Shown piece by piece: positions 30,534 to 40,147 of a stretch of DNA of 52,306 bases. The DNA lies in assembly GCA_049971805.1 (NCBI GenBank), contig JBMFKU010000010.1, forward strand, positions 1 to 52,306, in the 5' to 3' direction. Made by a program: the position numbers and the translations under genes. The DNA comes from Caldisphaera sp. Lineage in GTDB: Archaea > Thermoproteota > Thermoprotei_A > Sulfolobales > Acidilobaceae. The notes under the pieces were generated by a model. The model saw only the letters and a list, made by a program, of their open reading frames with translations. It was not told the origin of the DNA and ran no database searches. Position 1 is the first letter of the stretch, and each line of letters opens with the position of its first letter.

Positions 30534-31348
30534 CTATTAATTAAATTTTCCTTAATCCATTCTATAGCCTTACCATTTTTTGCATTATTATAGTAATCCT
30601 CTATAGCCTTGTAATTCGCTTCGTATAGCGAATACATACCTGTAGGCCATGCTCCATTAGGTGAGTGAACTACTGCATCAACATTAAAAATTGTTGAAGA
30701 AAGTAATTCTGCATTTCTCTTCCTTAGTTCTTCTTTATCAACTATCTTCTCGGCTGCTATTATAACCTTCTTTGCGGCCCTTATTTTTAATTCATCTTCA
30801 TACCTTGGGCCTAGAATTACTGAATCTCCATAGATATCACTCATATGAACATGAATTAAAGCTACATCAGGTTCAATTGCTTTAACAGCAACTATATCTT
30901 CGTTATAAAATGGATCTTTAATTATTTTCCAAGTTCCTATTGATTCATGTATTTTAACCAAGTCAGATCCTATTATACCTCTTACAGGCATAAAAGGTAC
31001 TCCTTGAGCACCTGCTCTCAATCCAGCTATAATAGCACCACATGTATCTTCTAAATAATCAACTTCTTTTCTTTCCGCAGCCCTTCTTACTGAAGGAGAC
31101 AATCCAAAGTGTTCAAAGGTAGCCATAGCAGCTCTAACCTTTTTTAATGAATTTGAAGCTACTAAAACATCAAGTCCAAAACCAGGTTCTCTATCTACAA
31201 ATGATAGCCTTTTTTTCTCAGATTTTATAATTGCTGCTATTAAACTCATAGGGTTTCTAAAAAAAGTTATTCCACTAATAGTAATTTCATCATCATTGTT
31301 TATTAAACTCACAGCATCCTTCAGGCTCATTAACTTCTCAGAAGGCAT
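30524..31348 (-). CDS. CoA-transferase family I alpha subunit (GctA-like)
   Basis: KLMSLKDAV, LRAGAQGVPFMP, PDVALIHV and VDAVVHSPNGAWP motifs. Confidence 0.88.
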   Translation of the reverse strand: MPSEKLMSLKDAVSLINNDDEITISGITFFRNPMSLIAAIIKSEKKRLSFVDREPGFGLDVLVASNSLKKVRAAMATFEHFGLSPSVRRAAERKEVDYLEDTCGAIIAGLRAGAQGVPFMPVRGIIGSDLVKIHESIGTWKIIKDPFYNEDIVAVKAIEPDVALIHVHMSDIYGDSVILGPRYEDELKIRAAKKVIIAAEKIVDKEELRKRNAELLSSTIFNVDAVVHSPNGAWPTGMYSLYEANYKAIEDYYNNAKNGKAIEWIKENLINRWF

Positions 31349-31427
31349 ATTCCCACCGTATTTTCATATACAGAAGAGGGTATTTAAATGTATACTAAAT
31401 CAGCATATTTATCTAAATAAATTTATT

Positions 31428-31817
31428 TCACTGAATTAAGCGCTTTGGGCTTAATAGAGCTAATATTCCTCCTATTAACAATAAGATAAATCCTATTCCA
31501 AATCCCCCGAAAAACATGGGTATTGAAATAAATGATGCAATAATAAACAAAATCCCTGAGGCAACATTATCGTTTAGACTTGCTCCTATTATACCTATAA
31601 TTCCTGCGATGATTCCAATAATTATGGGCATAAAGAAGAATAGAAAAGAAACTATAGCATAGTGCTTATAGTATCCCATCATAACATAATAACCATATCC
31701 CATCATACCATAATAGTAACCCCAACCAAAAATCATAAATAATCCAATAACAGTAGTTAATGCTATAATTATTATTGAACCAATTAATCCTAATAGCTTA
31801 TATACTTCCATTTTCAA
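31428..31817 (-). CDS. Small polytopic membrane protein with Gly/Tyr/Met-rich loop
   Basis: About four hydrophobic segments; loop GWGYYYGMMGYGYYVMMGYY. Confidence 0.7.
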   Translation of the reverse strand: MKMEVYKLLGLIGSIIIIALTTVIGLFMIFGWGYYYGMMGYGYYVMMGYYKHYAIVSFLFFFMPIIIGIIAGIIGIIGASLNDNVASGILFIIASFISIPMFFGGFGIGFILLLIGGILALLSPKRLIQ

Positions 31818-31910
31818 TTGTACCCTTGAATTAAATATGTTTCTAAAGATTTTATTCTTGTGTATAATAAAAGAATTTAAAGATTATGGAACTAATTATT
31901 AGGATGGTAA

Positions 31911-32579
31911 TCAATTAATATTTAAATAGCTTTTAGCAATATCTAATGCCCTTTCATAAGCTTTTTCTTCGTTCCCTTCTTTAACAAATTTTTCAAAATC
32001 TTTATCGTTTTCTACCATAAAATATAACTTATATCTAAGGCTTGCATCTTTTATATTTTTCTTTATATATTCTTTAAACCTTTTCATAGATGTAAATAAA
32101 GTTTTTAATTCGATGTCATTATTTAAAATTGCTACAATTTTTTCTAAAGCCCTTCTAGCAGCAATTCCAGATGCTCCTAAACTAGTAACAGATACTTCTA
32201 TTTCTCCCCAAATATTTGACCTAAAAGGTAGAACAACATTTCCTTGTTTAGCATTTGCTGCATTATTTACCAATTTATTATATTTTATAGAAATTTCATA
32301 AGCCGTTTTGTTTAGTTCCTCATTGTTTGTTGCAATTACTATAAGATCATTTCTCTTTATTAAATCTTCAATATCATTGATGTTTTTTATTGTTGTTTCG
32401 AATAACCTTAATCTATCATTTTGTCTATTTTTAAGCTCATCTGTAAATCTATCAGCTAAAACTGTAACCATCGCTCCTTTTTCAAAAAATGTTATTGCTC
32501 TTCTTGTACCAATACTTCCTCCTCCTATAACTAATACCTTTAAATAAGATGCATCAATATAAAGAGGTAGATAACCCAT
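31911..32579 (-). CDS. sirC: Precorrin-2 dehydrogenase / sirohydrochlorin ferrochelatase (SirC/Met8p-like)
   Basis: YLPLYID, Rossmann VLVIGGGSIGTRR, VIATNN and LVNNA motifs; last gene of the ahb operon. Confidence 0.88.
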   Translation of the reverse strand: MGYLPLYIDASYLKVLVIGGGSIGTRRAITFFEKGAMVTVLADRFTDELKNRQNDRLRLFETTIKNINDIEDLIKRNDLIVIATNNEELNKTAYEISIKYNKLVNNAANAKQGNVVLPFRSNIWGEIEVSVTSLGASGIAARRALEKIVAILNNDIELKTLFTSMKRFKEYIKKNIKDASLRYKLYFMVENDKDFEKFVKEGNEEKAYERALDIAKSYLNIN

Positions 32580-33747
32580 TATAATCCCACCTTTTTGAAA
32601 TTTCGTCGGGATCTACAAAGCAAAGAGGGTCGTCTTCCCAAAAATTTTTATTTATTACATTAGCTCTTCCTCTACTTCCCCCACCACATATTTGTTTAAA
32701 TGCGCATGATGAACATCTCTTTCCAACAAAATTATTGGATATATTGAAAAACTTTGTTAGCATAGGATTTGATATTTTTAATATATCTGATAGATTTTGC
32801 TTTCTGAGATCTCCAATATTATATTGATCTATAAATTGGCATGGTTTTACTAAACCTTCTGGATATATACTTATTGTTTTTCTTCCACAATCTCCTTGTG
32901 CTTCTATCATCTTTAAATATTTTAAAAAGTCATCTTTGTTTTTTGCTAATAAATTCGCCAAATATATGCCAATAAAATTCCCCCTTACTAATTGTATTTC
33001 CAACTTTGATTTATATTCTTTGGCTTTATCAATTAAGGAATTTGAGAGGTAAATTAATTGATTCTTTGTAGGGAGGTCATTTACTATGTTTATGGCTCTA
33101 CCAATAGTATCTAACAAATATAAAGAAATTCTCTTGGCTCCAATTTTTGCAGCAAAATCGATCATATTCGGTATTTCCTCTACATTCCATTTAGTAATAG
33201 TGGTTCTTAACCCTATATCTATACCATATTTAATTGAGTTTTCAATACCCTTTAGTGTTAAGGAAAATGCCCCATTATAACCTCTAAATTTATCATGAAG
33301 CTCTGGGTAAATGCTATCAAGTGAAATTCCTACATAATCATAACCCAAATCTTTTAACTTCTTTGCGTTTTCCTCAGAAATTAAAGTACCATTGCTACTT
33401 AAACCTAACTTTGGTCTTTTATGCCCATAAAGCTTTTCTGATAAATCCCAAAATTCCTTTCTATATAAAGGTTCGCCACCTGTAAAGATTACTAAAGGAA
33501 TTCCTAACTTAATAATTTCATCTCCTATTTCCAATAGTCTTTCTTTATTTAGCTCATCTTTATTGCTCTTTGAGGAAGCATCTATATAGCAATGCAAGCA
33601 ATTTAAATTACATTTATATGTTATGTTCCAAAATATAACTGGCTTTAATGTATCTGAAAATGTTGAAGGCCTATCTTTACTATAACTACCTTTTATTTTT
33701 GTTGATACAGTGCCTTCACCAGTTACCATAACGCTGATAGGTATCAT
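32554..33747 (-). CDS. ahbC: Radical SAM/SPASM Fe-coproporphyrin III synthase AhbC
   Basis: WNITYKCNLNCLHCY, VKPCQF and CSSC..ICGGGSRGRA..DPLC motifs; AhbC-type N-terminus; operon context. Confidence 0.8.
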   Translation of the reverse strand: MIPISVMVTGEGTVSTKIKGSYSKDRPSTFSDTLKPVIFWNITYKCNLNCLHCYIDASSKSNKDELNKERLLEIGDEIIKLGIPLVIFTGGEPLYRKEFWDLSEKLYGHKRPKLGLSSNGTLISEENAKKLKDLGYDYVGISLDSIYPELHDKFRGYNGAFSLTLKGIENSIKYGIDIGLRTTITKWNVEEIPNMIDFAAKIGAKRISLYLLDTIGRAINIVNDLPTKNQLIYLSNSLIDKAKEYKSKLEIQLVRGNFIGIYLANLLAKNKDDFLKYLKMIEAQGDCGRKTISIYPEGLVKPCQFIDQYNIGDLRKQNLSDILKISNPMLTKFFNISNNFVGKRCSSCAFKQICGGGSRGRANVINKNFWEDDPLCFVDPDEISKRWDYNGLSTSLY

Positions 33748-34715
33748 CTTACAACACCCGGTTTTAAATCTTCTAGGCTGTATATTATCATAATATCATT
33801 TGGTTTACATTCACTTTTTAAATTATTTGCAATACTTTCAATTTTATCCTTGCTTATTGCATGAACCATGGCATAACAATTATGCTTCCATCTCCATTCT
33901 GGTATAGATCTCCTCAATACTACATGTGTAGAAAAAATCTGTTTTGCTGCACAATGGCACAATTTCTCTTCATTTCCATTTGGTTCCATAACTATCATCC
34001 CATTCTCTTTAAATCCGAGCTTTTCTCCATCTAAAGATGCTCCTGGATCAGCTAGTATTCCATTTTTTAAAAGAGAATTAAGCAAATCCGTTAATTCCTG
34101 TTTGCTATATTTGTATTTTCTTAAAATGTAATCATAAGGACTTTCATTTATAGGTAAATTTCTTACAAATTTAACAACATCTTCGGGAACTCCCATGTCT
34201 TTTATAAGAGGAGGATTTTCAGGCAAGCTTGCATATTTTCCAGCCTTAGAAATTCCCTCAAATAAATCATATTTAACGCTCAATTTATAAGTTCTTTTAG
34301 ATAATAGGACCACATATGATTTTGAATTGGAGTATTTCATAATCTTTTCAGCTAACTCTATCAATTCTTCATTGCTTTCTTTTTTTGCTACAATCCAAAT
34401 GTTGTATCTTGGATGATTTCTTAAGTAGCTGTGCGTTATTGATGGATCTTTTAGCATTATTTCTGCAATTTTTCTATAATTTTCTCCTGATTCAAATGCA
34501 ATAAGTGCTGCTTCTTTTCCTTGAGATCTAAAATTATAATAAAATCCAATCCTTTTAATTATTCCTTCATTTCTTAGTCTTATCAACCTATTTAAAAATT
34601 TTTCTTTATCTATGTTTAGTATATCTGCTATTTCTCCATAAGGATCAATATCAATAGGAAAATCATATTGTAATTTCATTAATATTTCTTTATCTAGTTC
34701 GTCCATACTCTTCAC
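33744..34715 (-). CDS. ahbAB: Fused siroheme decarboxylase AhbA-AhbB (NirDL/NirGH-like)
   Basis: Two Lrp-like repeats: LQYDFPI...ITHSYLR and STHVVLR...YAMVH. Confidence 0.85.
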   Translation of the reverse strand: MKSMDELDKEILMKLQYDFPIDIDPYGEIADILNIDKEKFLNRLIRLRNEGIIKRIGFYYNFRSQGKEAALIAFESGENYRKIAEIMLKDPSITHSYLRNHPRYNIWIVAKKESNEELIELAEKIMKYSNSKSYVVLLSKRTYKLSVKYDLFEGISKAGKYASLPENPPLIKDMGVPEDVVKFVRNLPINESPYDYILRKYKYSKQELTDLLNSLLKNGILADPGASLDGEKLGFKENGMIVMEPNGNEEKLCHCAAKQIFSTHVVLRRSIPEWRWKHNCYAMVHAISKDKIESIANNLKSECKPNDIMIIYSLEDLKPGVVR

Positions 34716-35902
34716 CTCTTTGCTAATAGATTGTTATATGATAGCCCATATTTAGACAGCAAACTACTATAACTTCCAGGTTTATAGAGACAAGCTGGGT
34801 CTTCTTCTAATAGATCATTTGTATAGGAAAATGCTCTGGCTCTGCTTCCACCGCATATATCCTTAAATTCGCAATTCCCACACTTCCCTTTTAATTCTGA
34901 AGACCTGAGCTTAATCATAATCTCAGATTTTCTATAAATATTAACTATACTATCTTTTCTTATATTTCCCACTGGGAAAGGTAGGAATCCGCTGGGATAA
35001 ACGAAACCATCATGGGATACAAAAATTATGCCCTTTCCATCCCTTGTTCCATGCGTTTCTGCCATACTCTTGTTGTTAGGTTTTCCCATCATATCATAAA
35101 GCCTTTTTATTAGCCTAAAGTAAAGTTTTCCATGAGGAAGATCTTCAACTACATTGGCCCCTCTGTCTTCTAAATTTTTATATAATAGCACGATTCTCCT
35201 AAACATTGGCCCCTCTGATGTTCTAATTATTAAATTGTATTTGCTGGCCTCATATAAGAAAGCTGAAACATCTTCCCATTCTTCCTTTGTTAAGTCTTCA
35301 TTAGTCTTTGCTCTACCCACTGGAATCAAATAAAATACTTCCCATACATTTACATTCAGCTTATTAATTAATAGATTAACCATATCAGGTAGTCCATTAA
35401 CTGTAGACCTCATTACAGAAGTGTTTACTTGTACCTTAATTCCTTTATTCATCATCTGTTTAATAATCTGTATCGATCTATCCCATGTACCTGCTACACC
35501 TCTTATTTCATCGTGGACTTCTTTATATGGTGAGTCAATGCTAATAGAAACAGATGATATATTATGATTTGAAATCTCATCAATTGCCTTGTCATCTAGT
35601 TTCGGTGTAACGCTGGGGGCCAGAGCTGATATTATCTCTTTTTTATTTGCATAATCAATCAAATCCCATATATCGCTTCTCATTAACGGATCTCCTCCTG
35701 AAAAAACTAGAATTGGTGATGGCTTTCCAAAAGCAGAAATTTGATCAATAAGAATTTTCCCTTCGTTTGTGCTTAGCTCATTAGGCAATGGCTTTGTTAT
35801 AGCCTCTGCTCTACAGTGTCTACATGAAAGCAGACAAGCCTTTGTTGTTTCCCAAAAGACCAGCAATGGCTTTTCATTCATTGGCCAAAATCTATGATTC
35901 AT
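34712..35902 (-). CDS. ahbD: Radical SAM/SPASM heme b synthase AhbD-like
   Basis: WETTKACLLSCRHCRAEA, GFVYPSGFLP and CGNCEFKDICGGSRARA motifs; first gene of the ahb operon. Confidence 0.8.
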   Translation of the reverse strand: MNHRFWPMNEKPLLVFWETTKACLLSCRHCRAEAITKPLPNELSTNEGKILIDQISAFGKPSPILVFSGGDPLMRSDIWDLIDYANKKEIISALAPSVTPKLDDKAIDEISNHNISSVSISIDSPYKEVHDEIRGVAGTWDRSIQIIKQMMNKGIKVQVNTSVMRSTVNGLPDMVNLLINKLNVNVWEVFYLIPVGRAKTNEDLTKEEWEDVSAFLYEASKYNLIIRTSEGPMFRRIVLLYKNLEDRGANVVEDLPHGKLYFRLIKRLYDMMGKPNNKSMAETHGTRDGKGIIFVSHDGFVYPSGFLPFPVGNIRKDSIVNIYRKSEIMIKLRSSELKGKCGNCEFKDICGGSRARAFSYTNDLLEEDPACLYKPGSYSSLLSKYGLSYNNLLAKR

Positions 35903-35921
35903 ATCGTCTCCCAGATTAAAC

Positions 35922-35961
35922 TATATTGTATAGATAAATATTATATTGTATAGATAAATAT
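35922..35961 (+). repeat. Exact 20-nt tandem duplication in the ahb promoter/leader
   Basis: tatattgtatagataaatat x2. Confidence 0.92.
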
Positions 35962-35996
35962 AAACTTTTTGCAAAAGTGTTTAGTTGCATATAAAA

Positions 35997-36614
35997 TCAT
36001 TTTATTTCAATTGCATTTCCGTGACCTGGTAATATAATTATTGGCCTTAGACTCTTTATTAATTCTGCAGTTTTTAGCGCCTGCTTATAATCTTTTGCAA
36101 AATACTTATTTACTACCAATTGATTACCCTTTGAAAATAGAGCATCACCAACAAAGACATATTTCTTACCTTCTTTTTCTACAATTAAAGAAATGCTTCC
36201 AGGAGTATGACCAGGTGTGTTTAAAACTTTAACATTTTTAAATTCTTTTTCTATTTCCATGGCATTATAAACCTTATCTACAGGCTCTAATTTAATAAAA
36301 GAAAAGAAAAAGGTTAACAATCCTGAGCCTGGAGGCTTTGATTTACCTTTTATAACTGAGGATTCTAGGGGGTTTGCATAAACTCTTGGATTAAAAGTTC
36401 TAACTACCTTTGATAAACCTCCTATGTGATCATAATGGGTATGAGTTATAAAAATATAGTCTGGATGTAAGTTTTTTGTATTATAATAATTAATTATCTT
36501 ATTTGAATCTCCCTTTGATCCAGAATCCACTTGAATTATTTTACCTTCATTGAATACGACATATACATGTGCGTTTGTTTCATCTATTACCTCAATCTCA
36601 TCATATAACTTCAT
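35997..36614 (-). CDS. Metallo-beta-lactamase-fold hydrolase
   Basis: THTHYDHIG, TPGHTPGS, GDA and PGHG motifs. Confidence 0.9.
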   Translation of the reverse strand: MKLYDEIEVIDETNAHVYVVFNEGKIIQVDSGSKGDSNKIINYYNTKNLHPDYIFITHTHYDHIGGLSKVVRTFNPRVYANPLESSVIKGKSKPPGSGLLTFFFSFIKLEPVDKVYNAMEIEKEFKNVKVLNTPGHTPGSISLIVEKEGKKYVFVGDALFSKGNQLVVNKYFAKDYKQALKTAELIKSLRPIIILPGHGNAIEIK

Positions 36615-36929
36615 TTTAAATCCCTATAATTGTGTTTTTCCAGAGCTTTTACATTTATTAAATTAAAAGATTTAAAAATTATAATAATTATCCTTGTTTA
36701 ATTAACATGGAATTAATAATTTGTAAAATATTACATTAATTCACTTCCATGCAATTAAAAACATTAATAGTATTTTAATAATTGAATAATGTTAAAGAAC
36801 AGTTGATTGCTGTTAGTTTAGCTTCTTTTAAACCTAAGACTTTATAACCTCTATGATTACCTAGACGCCTTTTCTTCACTTTATATAATTGTGAATAACA
36901 TCATTTTTAAACAATGCACTTAGTAGTTA

Positions 36930-37110
36930 GGGGTCTAGCTTTCATAGAGCTTCATGGTATTTTATGTTAACCCTTATCCTCATACCCCTATTCCTCTCCC
37001 CCATGCCGTCTATGGGGCTGACTCCCCTCTAGAGGATATGGGAGTTATCGAACCCATCCTCCACCTTGCATTGCTCATCAGCTTCATAGTAGGGTTTTCC
37101 TCTACATGAT
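36930..37110 (-). mobile_element. Remnant of a tnpB 3' end / IS right end (IS200/IS605 or IS607 type), non-autonomous
   Basis: GC-rich island. The minus strand reads GFDNSHIL*RGVSPIDGMGERNRGMRIRVNIKYHEAL* then AAGCTAGACCCC, resembling crenarchaeal TnpB C-termini as I recall them (GFPHIP..GVTP..RIDIKYHEIL); unverified. Confidence 0.55.
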
Positions 37111-37318
37111 AAAGTATTACGGCAAAGATTATAAGTAATGTTGTTAAGAAAGGTATGGGTCAATAAATGTCTTCAAGTGATATTAACTTCATGAGTTATC
37201 GGAAACTGTCTGCAATGGCATATGACAATTTTTATCAACGAAAAAACTGGAAAGCAATAAATAGACAGAATGTTATTGAACATTTATGGGTAATTTATGT
37301 ATCAAAGGGGAGGTCAAC

Positions 37319-38902
37319 ATGAAGGTGAGCTCTGTTGAACAGATGAGAAATCTTGACACTCTTGCTGTTAATAAATACGGTATAGAGCACCAGTTGCTGA
37401 TGGAGAATGCTGGACATGCCGTATACCATGTTATCCAGAAGGAAATCGGAGTAATTGGTAAGAAGTTTGTTGCTATCGCTGGCATAGGAAACAATGGGGG
37501 AGACGCTCTTGTAACTGCAAGAAAGCTTAGGTCTTCTGGTGCATATGTTAGAGCTTTCGTAGTTGGTGATCCATCAAAGTTTTCAGGCTCGGCTTTAAAG
37601 AACTATGAGATTGCACTAAAGATAGGAATTGTTGAAGGCAACGTTACAGAGAAAGATGGAATTGAAGGTTTAAGGTCTTCGCTTTCTTGGTGTGATGCGG
37701 TTGTTGATGGCCTTTTTGGAACAGGGCTTTCAGGAGACGTAACAGGAATATATAGGAATGTTATAGATGAGGTGAACAGAGCAAAAAAGCCGGTTATTAG
37801 CGTTGACATACCATCAGGAATAGGAGGTAATGACGGCAGGGTTTACGGCTCAGCAATTAAAGCGTGTTGCACCATCACTTTTGGGCTTCCTAAGCTTGGA
37901 AACATTATCTATCCCGGATATTACTATGGAGGAAAGCTTTACGTTTCTCATATATCTTTTCCGCCAGAGCTTTACAGCACAGATGAAATAAAAGTTGAGA
38001 TAAATGAGCCCTCAGAGCTTCTAAGCAGGTTACCTTGGGGACACAAGGGAACTTTTGGAAAGCTAATGGTAGTAGCGGGAGCTAGGAACTACTATGGGGC
38101 TCCATACTTTTCATCTCTTTCTTTCCTGAAAGCTGGAGGAGGGTATTCTAGACTTGCTGCTCCGAAATCTATAATACCCTACATAGCTTCGAAAGCAAGC
38201 GAAGTCGTATATATGCCTATGGAGGAAAATGAAAACGGGGCTCTCTCGTTGTCAAACAAAAAGAAAATCCTTGAGCTTATAGATCAGCTCGAGATAGACT
38301 TTGCTATCTTGGGACCCGGAGTTTCAACCGATAATGAAGCTCAATCGCTGATAAGAGATCTTATAGCTGAAGTTAAAATCCCGATAATAGTTGATGGGGA
38401 CGGTCTCACAGCTCTTTCTGCAGATACTTCAATAATGAAGTCAAGAAAAAAGCCCACTATTCTTACCCCACACTCTGGAGAAATGGCAAGGCTTATGAGG
38501 ATAGAGATTGCAGAAGTTGAATCGAGAAAAATTGAAATTGCTAAACTTGCGGCAAAGGAGCTAAACGCATATGTTGTCCTCAAGGGCGCTCATAGTATCA
38601 TAGCATACCCAGACGGCAGAGAGTTCATAAACATGAGCGGAAACTCTGGGATGGCAACAGCAGGGTCTGGAGATGTACTTACAGGAACTATAGCAGCGAT
38701 GATGGGGCTAGGGCTTGAGCCGGGGGAAGCTTTAAAGACGGGAGTCTTCATTCACGGCCTTTCAGGCGACATTGCGGCATCTGAAAAAGGGGAAGATGGA
38801 ATCACAGCAGAGGACATACTGCAGCGCCTGCCAGAAGCTGTAAAGGCTTACAGGGAAGACAGCAAAGGTGTTTTCAGGAAGTATTTACCAGAAGTAATTT
38901 GA
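37319..38902 (+). CDS. nnr: Bifunctional NAD(P)H-hydrate epimerase/dehydratase NnrE-NnrD
   Basis: LMENAG, GNNGGDA, DGLFGTG, VDIPSG, HKGTFG, TPHSGEM and [12 protein letters not shown]; SD GGAGGT supports ATG at 37319. Confidence 0.95.
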   Translation: MKVSSVEQMRNLDTLAVNKYGIEHQLLMENAGHAVYHVIQKEIGVIGKKFVAIAGIGNNGGDALVTARKLRSSGAYVRAFVVGDPSKFSGSALKNYEIALKIGIVEGNVTEKDGIEGLRSSLSWCDAVVDGLFGTGLSGDVTGIYRNVIDEVNRAKKPVISVDIPSGIGGNDGRVYGSAIKACCTITFGLPKLGNIIYPGYYYGGKLYVSHISFPPELYSTDEIKVEINEPSELLSRLPWGHKGTFGKLMVVAGARNYYGAPYFSSLSFLKAGGGYSRLAAPKSIIPYIASKASEVVYMPMEENENGALSLSNKKKILELIDQLEIDFAILGPGVSTDNEAQSLIRDLIAEVKIPIIVDGDGLTALSADTSIMKSRKKPTILTPHSGEMARLMRIEIAEVESRKIEIAKLAAKELNAYVVLKGAHSIIAYPDGREFINMSGNSGMATAGSGDVLTGTIAAMMGLGLEPGEALKTGVFIHGLSGDIAASEKGEDGITAEDILQRLPEAVKAYREDSKGVFRKYLPEVI

Positions 38903-39083
38903 GCTTTTTATCAGCTCAAATTTCTAAGAAAACTATAAGTCTTAGAGCATGCAGCATTTTTTATGCCTATTATCAATTTCACTCATGAGTCGTAGCATCT
39001 TCCAAGATTAGGGAAGCAATATTAGGTAACATGAACCTGGAAAAACAGCGTATAAAAGTTTATATAAAATTTATGACTTGTAG

Positions 39084-39178
<95 letters not shown>

Positions 39179-39424
39179 TACTAGGCCTGTTATCTTATTC
39201 TTCACAGACACTAATTAATCTTATTAAATTAAGATATTAAAGCTTTTATATGATCTTATTCCTTTTTGCTTAAAAAAACTAAGATTTTTACATAAAAGAT
39301 ATTGCTAAAATGCCTTTCATTTTAAACGGACAAAAAATTTATTATTAAATAAAAGCAGAAAATCATTTATTAAGCTCGCTTATTATTTAATTATAAAAAT
39401 AATATTGCTGCAATTTAAATGAAT

Positions 39425-40123
39425 TTAACATTTTGAATCTAAATTCCTTAAAGCTATATTAGTTGCCTCTTTTGGATTCTTAGCCTTAGTTATACCCCCA
39501 CCTATTATAATTATATCAGCACCCGATGATACTAGAGATTTTACCTCCTCAGGTTTTATACCCCCCGCTACTGCAACCGGTCCATTAAACTTTTCTTTAA
39601 TAACTTTTATCAAATCTCCTGCACTACCTGCAGTTATACCCATCTTCATTTGAACATCAATACCTATATGAAGTAGCGCTATGTGAACCTTGCTTTTTTT
39701 AAGTTTTTCTATCCCTAAATTGATATCATCAACACCTATAAGGTCTCCAAAAACTACTCCATTCCATTTGTTTGCCTCTTCAACTGTTTCTTTCAATGTC
39801 TCTATATTAGTTGCAGCAGATACTGAAATAGCATCCGCTCCATTACTGAATGCCATATTTGCTTCAAGCGCACCAACATCCATTATCTTTAAGTCTGCAA
39901 AAACTAAATGATTCCCTTCTAATGATCTTAGCAATTTAACTGAATTTATACCAAACGATTTTATTAAAGGAGTTCCAGCCTCTAATATGAGATTTTTATA
40001 TTTTTCTACGCTGCTTGCAATCTTAATTGCTGGCGAAATATCTGTAAAATCCAATGCTATTTGCAGCAGTTTACCACATTCATTTAATCTATCTATCATT
40101 TTAAATCTGTCCATTTGATTCAC
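39425..40123 (-). CDS. hxlA: 3-hexulose-6-phosphate synthase (HPS; OMPDC/HUMPS family)
   Basis: LQIALD, LEAGTPLIK, DLKIMDVG, HIGIDVQ and VAGGI motifs. Confidence 0.82.
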   Translation of the reverse strand: MNQMDRFKMIDRLNECGKLLQIALDFTDISPAIKIASSVEKYKNLILEAGTPLIKSFGINSVKLLRSLEGNHLVFADLKIMDVGALEANMAFSNGADAISVSAATNIETLKETVEEANKWNGVVFGDLIGVDDINLGIEKLKKSKVHIALLHIGIDVQMKMGITAGSAGDLIKVIKEKFNGPVAVAGGIKPEEVKSLVSSGADIIIIGGGITKAKNPKEATNIALRNLDSKC

Positions 40124-40147
40124 CTAAATTAATTTTATGCATAGAAT

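Noticed and set aside
33744-34715. Lrp/AsnC transcription regulator call
   Set aside because: The tandem NirDL/NirGH-type motifs and the position between two Ahb radical SAM genes indicate siroheme decarboxylase.
32554-35902. RiPP cluster with two radical SAM/SPASM maturases
   Set aside because: Linkage to siroheme decarboxylase and SirC explains both enzymes; no precursor peptide is seen.
36615-39083. attL/attR duplication of the tRNA-Arg 3' end bounding an island
   Set aside because: No second copy of the tRNA 3' sequence and no integrase fragment found by eye; the short tcatgagt matches near 37189 and 38983 are too short to count.
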